Positions 52,355-64,000 of a DNA stretch of 64,000 nucleotides are shown here, one piece after another; the first letter of the stretch is position 1; the number at the start of each line of letters is the position of its first letter. Made by a program: the position numbers and the translations under genes. The stretch covers positions 55,366,001 to 55,430,000 of the forward strand of contig NC_043008.1 in assembly GCF_006345805.1 (NCBI RefSeq), read 5' to 3'. The notes under the pieces are model-generated. The model was not told where the DNA came from. It ran no database searches and saw only the letters and a program-made list of their open reading frames with translations. Source of the DNA: Octopus sinensis (lineage: Eukaryota).

Positions 52355-52446
52355 AGTGAGATCAACTGAACTAGTTTCAGTCCTGTGTTGAGATTTCAGT
52401 GACTGAAATCTCAACAAGGGATTGAAACTCATCTAGTTGACCACTC
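52355..52446. repeat. near-perfect palindrome/hairpin
   Basis: 27-bp arms 52374-52400 and 52402-52428 (3 mismatches, 1-nt centre), loosely extendable outward. Confidence 0.85.
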
Positions 52447-53005
52447 TTTGGCTTTCTGCAAAGATATCGTACATAGAGAAAGAGAGAGAGGATGTTTAAC
52501 ATTTGTCAATATATACAGAGTTGGCTAAAAATCTATATATATACTTTGCAAATATGGCATTGCATTAAAACAAAACACTTAACGCACCAGTAATTTATTA
52601 ATTTTCGTCTACTGAAAATTCTTCTCCCAGCTATCTTTTCTATTATGCTTTCAGTGAACTGTTACAATTTTTTCTTGGTGAAAAATATAGATTTTTTTTT
52701 TTCTCTCTCTCAGATCAAGTCCACTACTTTAAGCTTTTTCTTGGTTTCCTCGGGACTCCAGTGGCATTAGATAACTAAGCTAGTAGTGTTAATCTGGCAT
52801 GGTTTGTTTTGCATGGGGTTTTTTTTTTCTTTTCTTTTTCTTCTTCTTTCTATTTTTCAGATGAAGAGCAAAGATAACTGTCAGTGTGTTAAGTTAGGAC
52901 TCTCTATGTCCTTCACTTTGATTGGTTAGTTTCTGTGTCACTGAGAAATGCAACACCTGCACGCCTGTTGCTTGTTGTTGTCCTTTCCTCTTATTCCAAG
53001 CGCTA

Positions 53006-54203
53006 CATTGATTTTTATAGGTTTCCTCTATCTTGCCATCAGCTCTATAGATCTTTTTTAATCAACTAGGATATAGGATGGCGAAAGAAATGCACAAACA
53101 AACAAGCTGATAAACAAACAAGCAAAACACTTTAAGTTGTATTACAAATGATTGTTTATAAGCCCTATTCATTGTGGGCGCTGAATGCAGAGTGTCTTAT
53201 CCTCATTTTAAGATTTATGTTTTTGTAGTTTAGACGTTTTGTTTAACCTCTCTCACCTTTGTACAAATACAAAAACGTTTTCTTAGAAAAACTTCTCCAA
53301 ACACTTGACATTAATGAAATACTGTAATTTTCCAGCATACAAGCTGAATTTTTCAGACCAAAATTTACAACCGAAAAGAAAAAAGGTAGGTAGACTTATA
53401 CACTTAGACACTAAGAGGACCAAAACTTTCATGTAACATGCAGCAAGATTTAGTAAAACTGTGAAGATGTTTGAATGTTTACACTATATGTGTACCCTAC
53501 ATATTACAGTGACTTGTAAATGTGGTTTTTTTTTTTTTTTTTGCAAACAACCAGAGAAATAAATAAATAAAAACTGAGAAACAAGAACTGTTTTGCCAGG
53601 ACCAAAGACCAAATTCACAATGCTCATCTCTACCATAGTCACTATTAGAATCTATAGGCAAGAAGAGGCTTCAAAGTGGTCATTTATACTGCCAGAAATA
53701 ATCAGAAAAAAAAAGCACCCACTACACTCACGGAGGGGTTGGCGTTAGGAAAGGCATCCAGCTGTAGAAACACTGCCAGATCAGACTGGGCCTGATGCAG
53801 CCTTCTGGCTTCCCAGACCCCAGTTAAACCGTCCAACCCATGCTAGCATGGAAAGCGGATGTATGATGATGATGATCCTGCAAAATGCCCAACCATTGAT
53901 TTTTATAGGTTTCAGACTATAGCTCTATAGAGCTTTTTTAATTTGACTAACATATAGGATAGAGGAAGAAATCCACAAACAAAAAGCTAATAAATAAATA
54001 AATAAAACAATAAGTTTTATTATAAACTTTTGTTTATAAACCTATTAATTATGGTCAGTGAATGCTTGATGTCTAATCCTCATTTTAAGATTTATGTTTT
54101 TGTAACTTAAATGTTTTACTTAGCTTCTCTCACCTTTGTATAAACAAAAAAAGTTTTCTTAGAAAATCCTTCCAAACTCTTAAAATAACATTAATGAAAT
54201 ACT
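53006..54203 (+). repeat. pair of diverged ~310-bp direct repeats 888 bp apart (53006-53323 and 53894-54203)
   Basis: Shared cattgatttttataggtttc ... atcctcattttaagatttatgtttttgta ... ttttcttagaaaa ... cattaatgaaatact. Confidence 0.8.
53708..53878 (+). mobile_element. retroposon family C 3' part
   Basis: ggcatccagctgtagaaacactgccagatc...ggaaagcggat followed by (gat)n. Confidence 0.85.
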
Positions 54204-54541
54204 CTGAAGAAACACTGTTAATGATCTGAAATCCTTTATCATTCAGTTGAATACGCACATAGAGCTGGGTAAAACTGTTGTTTGGGATTAGGATTAATCT
54301 GGTAGTAATTAGAGCTACAATCTTATTGAATCATTGAAGCAACCTTACTGGATTATTGGAGAACAACTATAGACTAGATCTCCATGGTGAGGTTCAAGGC
54401 TGGGATACACTAGAAAAGTTTCCCAATGCCTACACCATTCTAAAAGGAAACTTGGACTTGGCACTGCAAGTCAACAAAACACACATCAATTGCAGCAGTA
54501 ATGTTTACCATCAAGTGGTATATACTTGGGGCTAGGTGAAA

Positions 54542-54596
54542 ACAGGAAGTTAATAGTCAATAAATCTGAAAGATTTATTGACTATTAGCTTCCTGT
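54542..54596. other. isolated 26-bp stem / 3-nt loop hairpin
   Basis: acaggaagttaatagtcaataaatct-gaa-agatttattgactattagcttcctgt; one G:T pair. Confidence 0.85.
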
Positions 54597-56829
54597 CCAA
54601 GACAGCACAACATGGGGCTGAACACATGGTATTACACAAATTGTACTAATGTTGCTTACTTTCATTTTGAAGGAAAGTGAGAAACTCTTTTGTGTAATGA
54701 AGAAAACTCTAATCCTTCTTCAATTGTTTGATTCTGGTCTGTAACAGAATCATTACAGGACTGGGTTTTCCCTTATAAAAATTTTCAACAGAGGAACTAT
54801 TATCTTGCTTGGAACCAAATACCCATTGGCAAAAGGAAGGGTATCTAGCTGAGGAAAATCTGCCTCAATAAACTCCGTCCAACCCATGCAAGCATGGAAA
54901 AGTGAATGCTAAAACAACGATGACACTGATCATGATGATAAGAGTTAAATTTTCTCACTATATTAAAATATAACATTTACTTGTACCATATCACAGAATG
55001 ACTAAAAGAATATAGTTTGTTTTCATGAAAATTATTTACTAATTAGACAATTTAAAATAATTACATTAAAAAAAAAAATTTCCCAAGGGTACTCCATCAG
55101 TTCAACAATTAGTCTCCTCAGAAACTAAAACATTAGAAGTTTATACCCCATTGACAGCAATCACCAGTACCATTGGTAACATGACAGAAACAACTAGATC
55201 TTCAACTAGAAAACTAACATCATACTAATTCCTTCTGGAAGCACACTTTCAATCAGAAGAGATGGCTATTGAAATAATAGAACAACCAAAATGAAGTACC
55301 ACATTTATCCAAGTTTCTACAAAGAATTTCACTGAAACACTTGAATTAAACTTGTCTTTGAAATGAAGTGGAGGACTACTTTGAGTTGCATGTGAACTTA
55401 ATGAAATAGCTCTGCAAAACAAGTTTGCATTGAATGGCTTTTCAATATTCAAAAATCGACTCACTTAAATTCTGAAGTGTCTGAAATGTAATTTAATGAT
55501 TTTATTTCTATTTAGATAAAAACAAAAACGAAAATAATAAAAGCCAAATATTTATTTTTTTGCATGTACTGTTATCATTTGTGTGACCTTCTGTCTTGAA
55601 GACAGATACACTAGACAACCTAGTCAATAGTATAACAAAACAAAAGAAACAAACAAGACGGTCATAACAAATATGGTAGCTGTTGATATGCAAAAAGAAC
55701 AGATGTTTATGGCTGGAACTTGTTTCATTACAAATCTATTCAATTAGGTTAGATCTGGTGCTAACCAACAGCAATACATTCAAATGGTTCATTGACCAAA
55801 ATCTGGTTTCAATAGGTTTATTACACTCCATCTATAAGGCAATGGTTAGTCCACAAAAGCTGGTTTCTTGGTTTCTCCGACATATATATTCTACCCTGGA
55901 TGGGATGCCAGTCCATTGTGGGATGACTCATTTTTGCCAGCTGAGTGGACTGGAGCAACATGAAATGAAGTGTTTTGCTCAAGAACGCAACACATCACCT
56001 GGTCCAGGAATTGAAGCCACAATCTTATGATCATGAGTCCAACACCCTAACCACTGAGCCATGTGCCTCCATCATAGAACTTATGAATACAGGATAACCA
56101 TAGCTATCACCATTATCATCATCATCATCACCAATATTACCATCAAAGTCTTAGTGATTTTTATCAGAAATTAAGAATAAAGCTTTTAGGTAAACATCAT
56201 CATTGTCTTAATGTCCACTTTTCCATGCTTGCACGGGTTGGACGGAATTTGCTGAGGCAGCTTTATCTATAACTGGACGCCTTTCCTGTCACTAACCCTC
56301 ATCTGTTTTCAAGTACAGTAATATTCCCCCATGACCAGACATTTTTCCAAAGAATATTTGAAAGGAAGGACACGACTTGCATGACAGAGACAATGTAAGT
56401 GCAAACACTAGAGTCATTATCATCAGGCTGACATGCGCTGGATGAGTTGACAAGCGCCAGTGAACCAGAGGAATGTACCAAGCTCTGTCTGCTTTGTCAT
56501 GGTTTTTACAGATGGATGCCCTTCCTAATACTAACCATTTTACAGATTGTACAGTGTGCTTTTTAAATGGCACAGCACCAGCAAGGTCACCATGTAACTC
56601 AAAAGACAAGCCCCTCTCAAGTGAGTGGGGAGTAGTATTGAGGGAGGTAGCTTTGTGTCTGGTGGTGAGAGGTTACAGTATGGGAAAGGGACAGAAGCAG
56701 GTGTCTTGCTGTAGAGGAGATAGATGGCTACCCCAGTTGGGAAAGGAATGGGAAATGGTGAAGATGATATGTTGAGGTACACCCTCAAGTTACAGAGAGG
56801 AGTATATAAGTGAAGTGGTATAGAGGATT

Positions 56830-57063
56830 AGGCGGCGAGCTGGTAGAATCGTTAGCACGCCGGGCGAAATGCTTAGCGGTATTTCGTCTGCCGTTATGTT
56901 CTGAGTTCAAATTCCACCGAGGTCGACTTTGCCTTTCATCCTTTCAGGGTCGATTAAATAAGTACCAGTTATGCACTAGGGTTGATATAATCGACTTAAT
57001 CTCTTTGTCTGTCCTTGTTTGTCCTCTCTGTGTTTAGCCCCTTGTGGGTAGTAAAGAAATAGG
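56830..57063 (+). mobile_element. SINE family B, monomer
   Basis: aggcggcgagctggtagaatcgttagcacgccgggcgaaatgc...gtaaagaaatagg. Confidence 0.9.
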
Positions 57064-58360
57064 TATAGAGGATTAGATAGGGAGTGTTGGCAGCTAAGTT
57101 CACAACAGTGTGAAAGGAGAGTGGGAGATGATGAGGAGGGGAATGCAGTGAGTGGATATGGATGGATAATCAAAAAGGACTTGCAAACCTGGCTGACCAG
57201 AAATTTGTTTTACTTTAACATTTTAATAAGCAATAGGTGTGATTTGTGAGAAACAAGGCTATGGACATTGCTCAACATTGATCTCATTTACAAAAATGTG
57301 AAGGAAAACAGGTCATCAATATCCAACTGAAACTGACCTATGCTGAGAAGTTAGCCACGGCAGCACATGGCAATGATACATGATGCGGCCTCTTATGATG
57401 CTGATTTATTTTATTGGTGCAGTTTATAAATTTGCAAACAAAGAGAGTAGTAAATCAAATTGTCTACAGTAACTATCAGAGAATTAAATGATCAGCCCTG
57501 CAAGGCAGGAAAAAAAAAAAAAACTCCCGAAAGGCAGAAAGAGAAAATAATAAACCCCCTCCAGGATTTAGAATGAAACTCAGAATTTTTAAGACAAACT
57601 AAAATGCTGTCACTGATTGTCTAGCATTACCATTTTTGTCAGTTCTTAGTCTTTTATAATATTGTTCCCCTTTAGGTTGAGAACAAGGTTGTTTCATGTT
57701 TGAGGCTAAATGGAAATGTAATGTTCATTCTTTCATCAAGAACATGAGGGATGTAAAGTAATATGAAATGTCTACAACTGTTAAAGGGTGGTTGCTATTA
57801 ATTCGAAACCTAAGAGCATTATGTAACAAACAGATTTAGTATTGACCTAGTTTACTATATAGTAAATTTGTGAAAGTTGTGCTCATAGATATTATATTTA
57901 GGAGATATAAGACTTGTTGGTCTACCCCATTGTCCCAACCGGCAAAATGGAAAAGGTGTCGTCGCAGATGGCAAGGAGAACATGCTGGAACAACCACTCT
58001 AACTCAGGGGCTTGCACTTGCAAATAGTCATGCCCCAATAACAGTGAGTAGGAATGTAATCCAGTGACCAAGAACACCAAATGTTCAACTACAAAATCTG
58101 TCAGAGAGTGGCCAATGTCAAGCATATACCAGTTTTTAAAATAAGTACATGGTGTCATTGCAAGTCATGAGAAACAACTAAAATGGTTACAATCTAGAGA
58201 GGCATCAGGCCTTAAAACACTACCTGAAAACCCATGCCAACATAGAAAGGTGAGTGTAAAATAAGGTGGATGTAAAGAATCAACCTTGTCATAAATGTGG
58301 TAAGATTAGAATGTCCAATAATACTTTTTTAGAAATATTTATAAAGAATAAAAATAAATA

Positions 58361-58531
58361 GGCACAGGAGTGGCTGTATGGTAAGTAGCTTGTTTACCAA
58401 CCACATGGTTCCGGGTCAGTCCCACTGCGTGGCACCTTGGGCAAGTGTCTTCTACTATAGCCTCGGGCCAACCAAAGCCTTGTGAGTGGATTTGGTAGAT
58501 GGAAACTGAAAAGAAGCCCGCCGTATATATG

Positions 58532-58566
<35 letters not shown>

Positions 58567-58783
58567 TTGTGTATCTGTATTTGTCCCCCTAGCATTGCTT
58601 GACAACCAATGCTGGTGTGTTTATGTCCCCGTTACTTAGCGGTTCGGCAAAAGGGACCGATAGAATAAGTACTGGGCTTACAAAAGAATAAGTCCCAGGG
58701 TCGAGTTGCTCGATTAAAGGCGGTGCTCCTGCATGGCCACAGTCAAATGACTGAAACAAGTAAAAGAGTAAAGAGTAAGAGTA
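58361..58783 (+). mobile_element. SINE family A, full length
   Basis: Complete head to tail with an (agagta)n tail. Confidence 0.92.
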
Positions 58784-59485
58784 AAACTTAAGAAATTATA
58801 TTAAGTGGTAATTTTGATTGTCCATAAACAACCTATATTTACTGATGATAACCTAGTAATTATATCCATCATAAAATTAAAATGGGGCAATGTACTACAA
58901 CATACACATTTCCATTATAATACAGCAACTCAATAACATTGAATAGGATGTGAAGAAAAATGTCAAAAGAACGGAGAAAAAAAAACATAATAACTGTTCA
59001 CCTACAGACAAAAAAAAAAGTTGAACAAAAAGTAAATTCTAATGGATAGATTTTGAAACTTCACTGAAACTAATAAAATATAAATTACTGCTTTTCTCTG
59101 TCTTTTCTTTTACTTTAATTAGCTTAATTATTTCAAAAGTTTGAATCAAAAGAAATTTCTAGAAATCCATTTCAAAAAGTTAAAAAGAAAAACCAACTGA
59201 AGCAAACATATAATTAAATAGATTAAACAGTTTAACAAGTTAATGGAAGTGATTAGGAAAAAAAAAAAAAAAAAATGTCTTACTTGCAGATTATGTAACT
59301 AGGAATATATAGTCACAAATGGCTCATTGAAATCTGAAGTGAGTAGGACACCAAAATTGACAAGGATCGGAAAATGGTAGAGATAACTTCCAAATGTTGT
59401 GGTAAATTAAAGAATGCCTCAGAATGCATAGAGAGCAGTAAAGAGCCCATCAACCTAAGAAGTGTGTCTCCAAAATATCTTTTAG

Positions 59486-59536
59486 TTATTTTATAGCAGA
59501 CAGTGTTCTCTCCAGTTCTGCCACAGATTCAGCAAC
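59486..59536 (-). CDS. candidate terminal coding exon (VAESVAELERTLSAIK*) of an unidentified gene
   Basis: Very strong acceptor tttattttctttttctcacacctcctag; amphipathic-looking peptide; parent gene not recognised. Confidence 0.25.
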   Translation of the reverse strand, partial: VAESVAELERTLSAIK

Positions 59537-60351
59537 CTAGGAGGTGTGAGAAAAAGAAAATAAATAAATAATGATAATAATAATAACAACAAATAAAAAG
59601 AAAAAAAAGCGAATAAAAACCCCCAAATATACACAGTAGTTGGTTATTAAAGCTGAAGTATGTCATTTTAGACTCGGCAATATCATTTAAGTAAGACCAA
59701 GTAGCAAGTACTTTGAGCTAAGCAAAGAGAAGGAGGGGAAAAAGAAAAAAAAAGAAAGAAACGTTTGATTATTTTGAGTCGCTGCAGTATCAAACCATTC
59801 AAAGAAATTACCAGTTTTGATAAACTGCGGAAACCAGAACACTAGATTACAGGACAAATGTACAAAACAAATAAATAAATAAAGAAGTGCAATTACTAAC
59901 AGACATATTAATTAGTCACACAGTTTGATTTTTTTTCTCTACTGGTCAGTTGGAGGGAAAAATATAGTCTTGATATTTCAAGTGCCTCATACGTTATTTC
60001 TGTGCTTGTTTCAGTTTTAGAGACAAATATAGAAATGAAGAATTTGGACATTAACAAGCTTCAGAGCAATGTGTAGTGATTGTTGTTGTTGGTGGTGGTG
60101 GTGGTAGTAGAAATGTTTAGCTTAGGATGACCTTAATGGAGCAAATATATAACCAAAGATATTCCAGACGTATCGACCTCGTTATTTGATGCATCTAAAA
60201 ACTACACTATCCCAACATGCCCTTCCTTTTAAGATGATGAGGTGTGGTTTAACTGCTATTTCTAGCAGATCAGGCAATAACGTAGAAATCCCATTTGGGG
60301 TTTATTCAAAGAAAGAGAGGTGGGGGAAGAGAAAGAAAGGAGGGAAGAATG

Positions 60352-60455
60352 ATAGATAGATAGACGGACGGACGGGCGGGTTCGGGCGGACGGACGGGCA
60401 GGTTCGGGCGGACGGACGGGCGGGTTCGGGCGGACGGATGGACAGACAGACAGAT
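60352..60455. repeat. GATA-GACG-GACA compound microsatellite with a 22-bp higher-order unit x3
   Basis: ggttc at 60379, 60401 and 60423. Confidence 0.9.
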
Positions 60456-62291
60456 ACTGCTCTTAGTATTATTCTCATGTTTTCTTAGATTGCACTAATC
60501 CATTCCAAAGTCAACCACAGTGGAATTTGAACTCAGAACAAAAAGATAGATGAAATACTGTTAAGTAGTGTGCTAATGATTCTGCCAGCTCACTGCCTTA
60601 ACTACTACTACTAATAATAACAACTTCAGATTTTGGTACAAGGCCAGCAATTTCAATTACACTGACTCCTTATTTCATCTACCCTAAAGGATGAAAGGCA
60701 AAGTTAACCTCAGCAGAATTTGAACTCAAATCATACAGACAGACAAAATGCCGTTAAGCATTTTGCCTGGTTTGCTAACAATTCTGCCAGCACATCGGCA
60801 CTAATAATAATAACGATGATAATAATAACAATATTTATAATTATAATAATTTCTTGGATGAAATTACTTTTTTATGATTAGTTGAGACTTTGCTTACTTC
60901 ACTGAATGCTTTGAGTCTGTTTTGTAGCTTGTTTCAATTTGATGCATTTTCTAGAAATTTGGTACAAATGAATTCATAAGACCCAGTCTCCAATAATGCA
61001 AAAAGTGCTAAGATGTTAATACTACAAAACTACTTCAGTTTTACACAAAAAAATTGACAACTTAATGCAAGAGTAATTTGAAGGTTCTTAACTCCAGTTT
61101 CTACATTTCTTTACATATCATTATACTTTCAGCTGGTCTATTCTCTGACCTTCAGAGTGGCTGATTCTGTATCCTGAATCTATATCTAATGCAGGTTAAA
61201 CTCCATGCCACAAATTTGACAAGTAATTATCCTGGAAGGAAAATTATGAGTTGAAGTTTTGGGTATTAAAACTTATATTGCAATGGCAGCCATTTTGAAA
61301 ACTAATTTCGTAATGGCAGCCATATTGTAACCGAGGCTTTTATTTATTGCTCTAAATGCTACCACTTGTTTCCCTGGGTTTTTATTATGGCTCACATTTA
61401 TGGAAACTACTCTTTAGCTACATGTTTCTCCTTTGATTACACCTTTCTAATGTTCAATCCTGATCTTAAGAGGGTCATTATGTCCTGACTTTGTTTCTTC
61501 CCTTATTCTGATTAAAAACCTGTAGAATACACTGCTACTTCTGTATACTAATCTGATGGCTATTACCACTTTACCTCAAAGCAACAGTATAGGCAAGTAA
61601 CCACAACGATTTCTACATGCATACATACATACATACATGCAGGCATAACAGATCACAATATCTGGGACTATAAAAATCTGCAAGACTTTATTAAGATTTA
61701 AAGGTGATGATTAGGAAATACTTTCCTTCACAACTTTGCTGCCAAGTAGGTGGCCAGTACATATTTACTCTAAAACTAAAATGAGAAAAAGAACACACAC
61801 ACACACACAAACAAACACGCACGCAAAGAAGTTTATACCATTCTCCTTGTCAGCACCAACTTTTCTCTCCATTTGTAACAGATTGATTGCAGTCTAAAGT
61901 AAGTGCCAATATTCTAAATGGGAAGAAACCTGGATGAGTTGTTCAAACTTCTACTTCCAAGTAGCTTTCATTAAACGGACAGCCTTCAGGTAAAATTTCC
62001 CCTAAAATTATACGCTGATAACTTTCTTTGACATTTGTTCTTAGGCGTAGTCCTTTCAAGGTTCTACTGATGTGGAAAAAAATCAATAACCCATTATTGC
62101 AAATCAACTAAATGTTTGTAGGCTAAATTATCACAGAAATATCATCTCTGCTTCTTCATGTATCCCAATTACATAATATCAAATACAGCCAAAGATTCAT
62201 CCACCTCCTGATTTAGACTCCATCGTTTTCATCAAATAATTAAAGGTGCTGCTTCTAATAGTAATTGACCATAAAATTTATTTATAGCTAG

Positions 62292-62453
62292 GTGTAGGCA
62301 TGGCAGTGTGGTAACAAGTTTGCTTGCCAACCACATAGTTCTGGGTTCAGTTCCACTGTGTAGCACCTTAGACAAGCAGCAAGTGTCTCATACTATAGCC
62401 ATGAGCTGACCAAAGCCTTATGAGTGGATTTGGTAAAACTGGAAAAAACTCAT

Positions 62454-62496
<43 letters not shown>

Positions 62497-63030
62497 AACC
62501 ACATGTGTGTGCTTTTGTGTTTGTATTTGTTCCTCACTGCCATTTGACAACCAGTACTGGTTTGTTTATGTCCCTGTAACTTAGTCATTGTGGAGGCACA
62601 TGGCCTAGTGGTTAGAGCAATGGACTTGCGGTCGAGGGATTTCAGGTTCGAATCTCAGACCGGGCGGCATGTGTGTTTATGAGTGAAACACTTAAGCTCC
62701 ATGTGGCTCCGGCAGAAGGTAATGGCAAACTTCTGCTGACTCTTTCGCCACAACTTTCTCTTACTCTTTCCTCCTGCATCTTGCAGCTCACCTGCGACGG
62801 ACCAGCATCCCATCCAGGTGGGGAACCTATACGCCAAGGAAACCGGCCCTTATAAGCCAGGCGTAGCTCGAGAAGGAACAAACAACTTAGTGGTTAGGCA
62901 AAAAAAGAGACTGATAGAATAAGTATCAGGCTTTAAAAAAACCAAGTGCTGGGATTAATTTGTTTGACTAAACACTTCAAACTGGTGCCCCAGCATGGCC
63001 ACAGTCCAATGACTAAAACAAGATAAAAGA
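62292..63030 (+). mobile_element. SINE family A interrupted by a nested tRNA-Arg-like SINE (62591-62884)
   Basis: The host SINE resumes after the insert; aacttagt is duplicated on both sides (62578-62585, 62884-62891). Confidence 0.85.
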
Positions 63031-63499
63031 TAATGAGAGAGAGAAATGATGATGATGGTGGTGTCTGTGCAACCTTAAAGTACATTTGTAGTAGGTATTT
63101 AGTTGGTCGGTCTTTTTGCTTATTAAATGAGGTTATTTATATTTCCAGCAGGCCCAGAGTTCCTTTTGACATTTCCTGTTTCCTGAAACAGCAGGATTCT
63201 CAGCCACTAACATTCACAAGTGGCAGGTCCAAAACGCTCCTCAACATCTGCTCTTAACAACAGCAACCTTTATCTATATTATCAAGATTAAGGTGCAAAA
63301 CTAAAACTAGGGACCATTTTCTGTTGATAAAAGAGATAAATATATTCTAAAATTGTATAATAAATATTCAATATTTGGCCATTCTAGATTATTGCATATT
63401 AGTCTTACAGACATAGATCAAGTATTTTGGTAGACCTACTGATTCCACATGTAACTTGTAGTCTAATTATTTGGTGTGGTTGATTAACATTTCTTAATT

Positions 63500-63912
63500 G
63501 GGATCTTTTCTGTTTGAACAGCAGTTTTTAAGATAATTTCTAGGTAATTAAAAAATTTTAAACTTCGTATACTGGTAGAATATGTTTATAAAACATCTTT
63601 TTCTCTTGGCTTTATTGAGAAAATTCTATAGTTTGTAAGATATTTGTTGTTTTTTTTTCTTCAATTTCTGCAATTTCAACCAATCACTGACGTCTATTGA
63701 GGTAAAAAAACATTCTGTGTCATATGAATATGTCCCTCGTTTAAGAAACAGATTGGGTTTATTTACATTTGTGAAGAAAAAAAGATACCCTTTCCCCCAC
63801 CCCTAACCCTAAAACATTGAAATGCAATAGATCGATACTAGGGTCATAATTATGGGTGACAATTTCATATGACACCGCTAGAAAAAACTGCCGTTCAAAC
63901 CGAAAAGATCCC
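63500..63912. mobile_element. non-autonomous DNA transposon (MITE) with 30-bp TIRs and a TTAATT 6-bp flanking duplication
   Basis: gggatcttttctgtttgaacagcagttttt / aaaaactgccgttcaaaccgaaaagatccc (2 mismatches); TTAATT at 63494-63499 and 63913-63918. Confidence 0.85.
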
Positions 63913-64000
63913 TTAATTGTAATGAGTTCATATAAAAAATAAACAAAGCACTTTTACTACCCAGTTTCCACTCATAAATGGTTATAGTGGTATGAGAGTA

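Noticed and set aside
59585-59585. Single N base
   Set aside because: Assembly ambiguity within an (AAT/AAC)n tract; not biological.
62591-62665. tRNA-like sequence (also at 27715-27790)
   Set aside because: SINE head: it continues into a shared body and tail, has TSDs and lacks a complete cloverleaf.
6903-63030. Apparent orientation bias of family-A SINEs (mostly minus left of 42 kb, mostly plus to the right)
   Set aside because: Too few copies, counted by eye, to be meaningful.

Overview
Eukaryotic, AT-rich DNA dense in microsatellites and SINEs. The repeat repertoire (tRNA-headed SINEs with RTE-type (GAT)n tails, piggyBac and Tc1/mariner MITEs) points to an octopus/coleoid cephalopod genome; this is an inference. 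There is one solid protein-coding region: a minus-strand, intronless TRIM-NHL E3 ligase (RING, B-box, coiled coil, filamin, NHL; TRIM2/TRIM3-like) at 73-2103, preceded by a strong splice acceptor. Most of the remaining ~62 kb looks like its long 5' intronic/regulatory territory and neighbouring non-coding DNA. A SINE-free, CpG-retaining island at ~39.0-43.8 kb carries several TATA boxes and splice donors and is the best promoter candidate. The most interesting leads are: (1) a series of minus-strand micro-exon candidates that can be chained into a 60-codon ORF whose TGA overlaps the TRIM ATG (TGATG); (2) a 120-nt open exon bracketed by inverted full-length SINEs; (3) two isolated near-perfect hairpins; (4) multimeric SINEs and SINEs with higher-order internal repeats; (5) a MITE with a 6-bp target-site duplication. 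All exon calls other than the TRIM CDS were read by eye and are hypotheses. Repeat boundaries are approximate unless a TSD or TIR is quoted.
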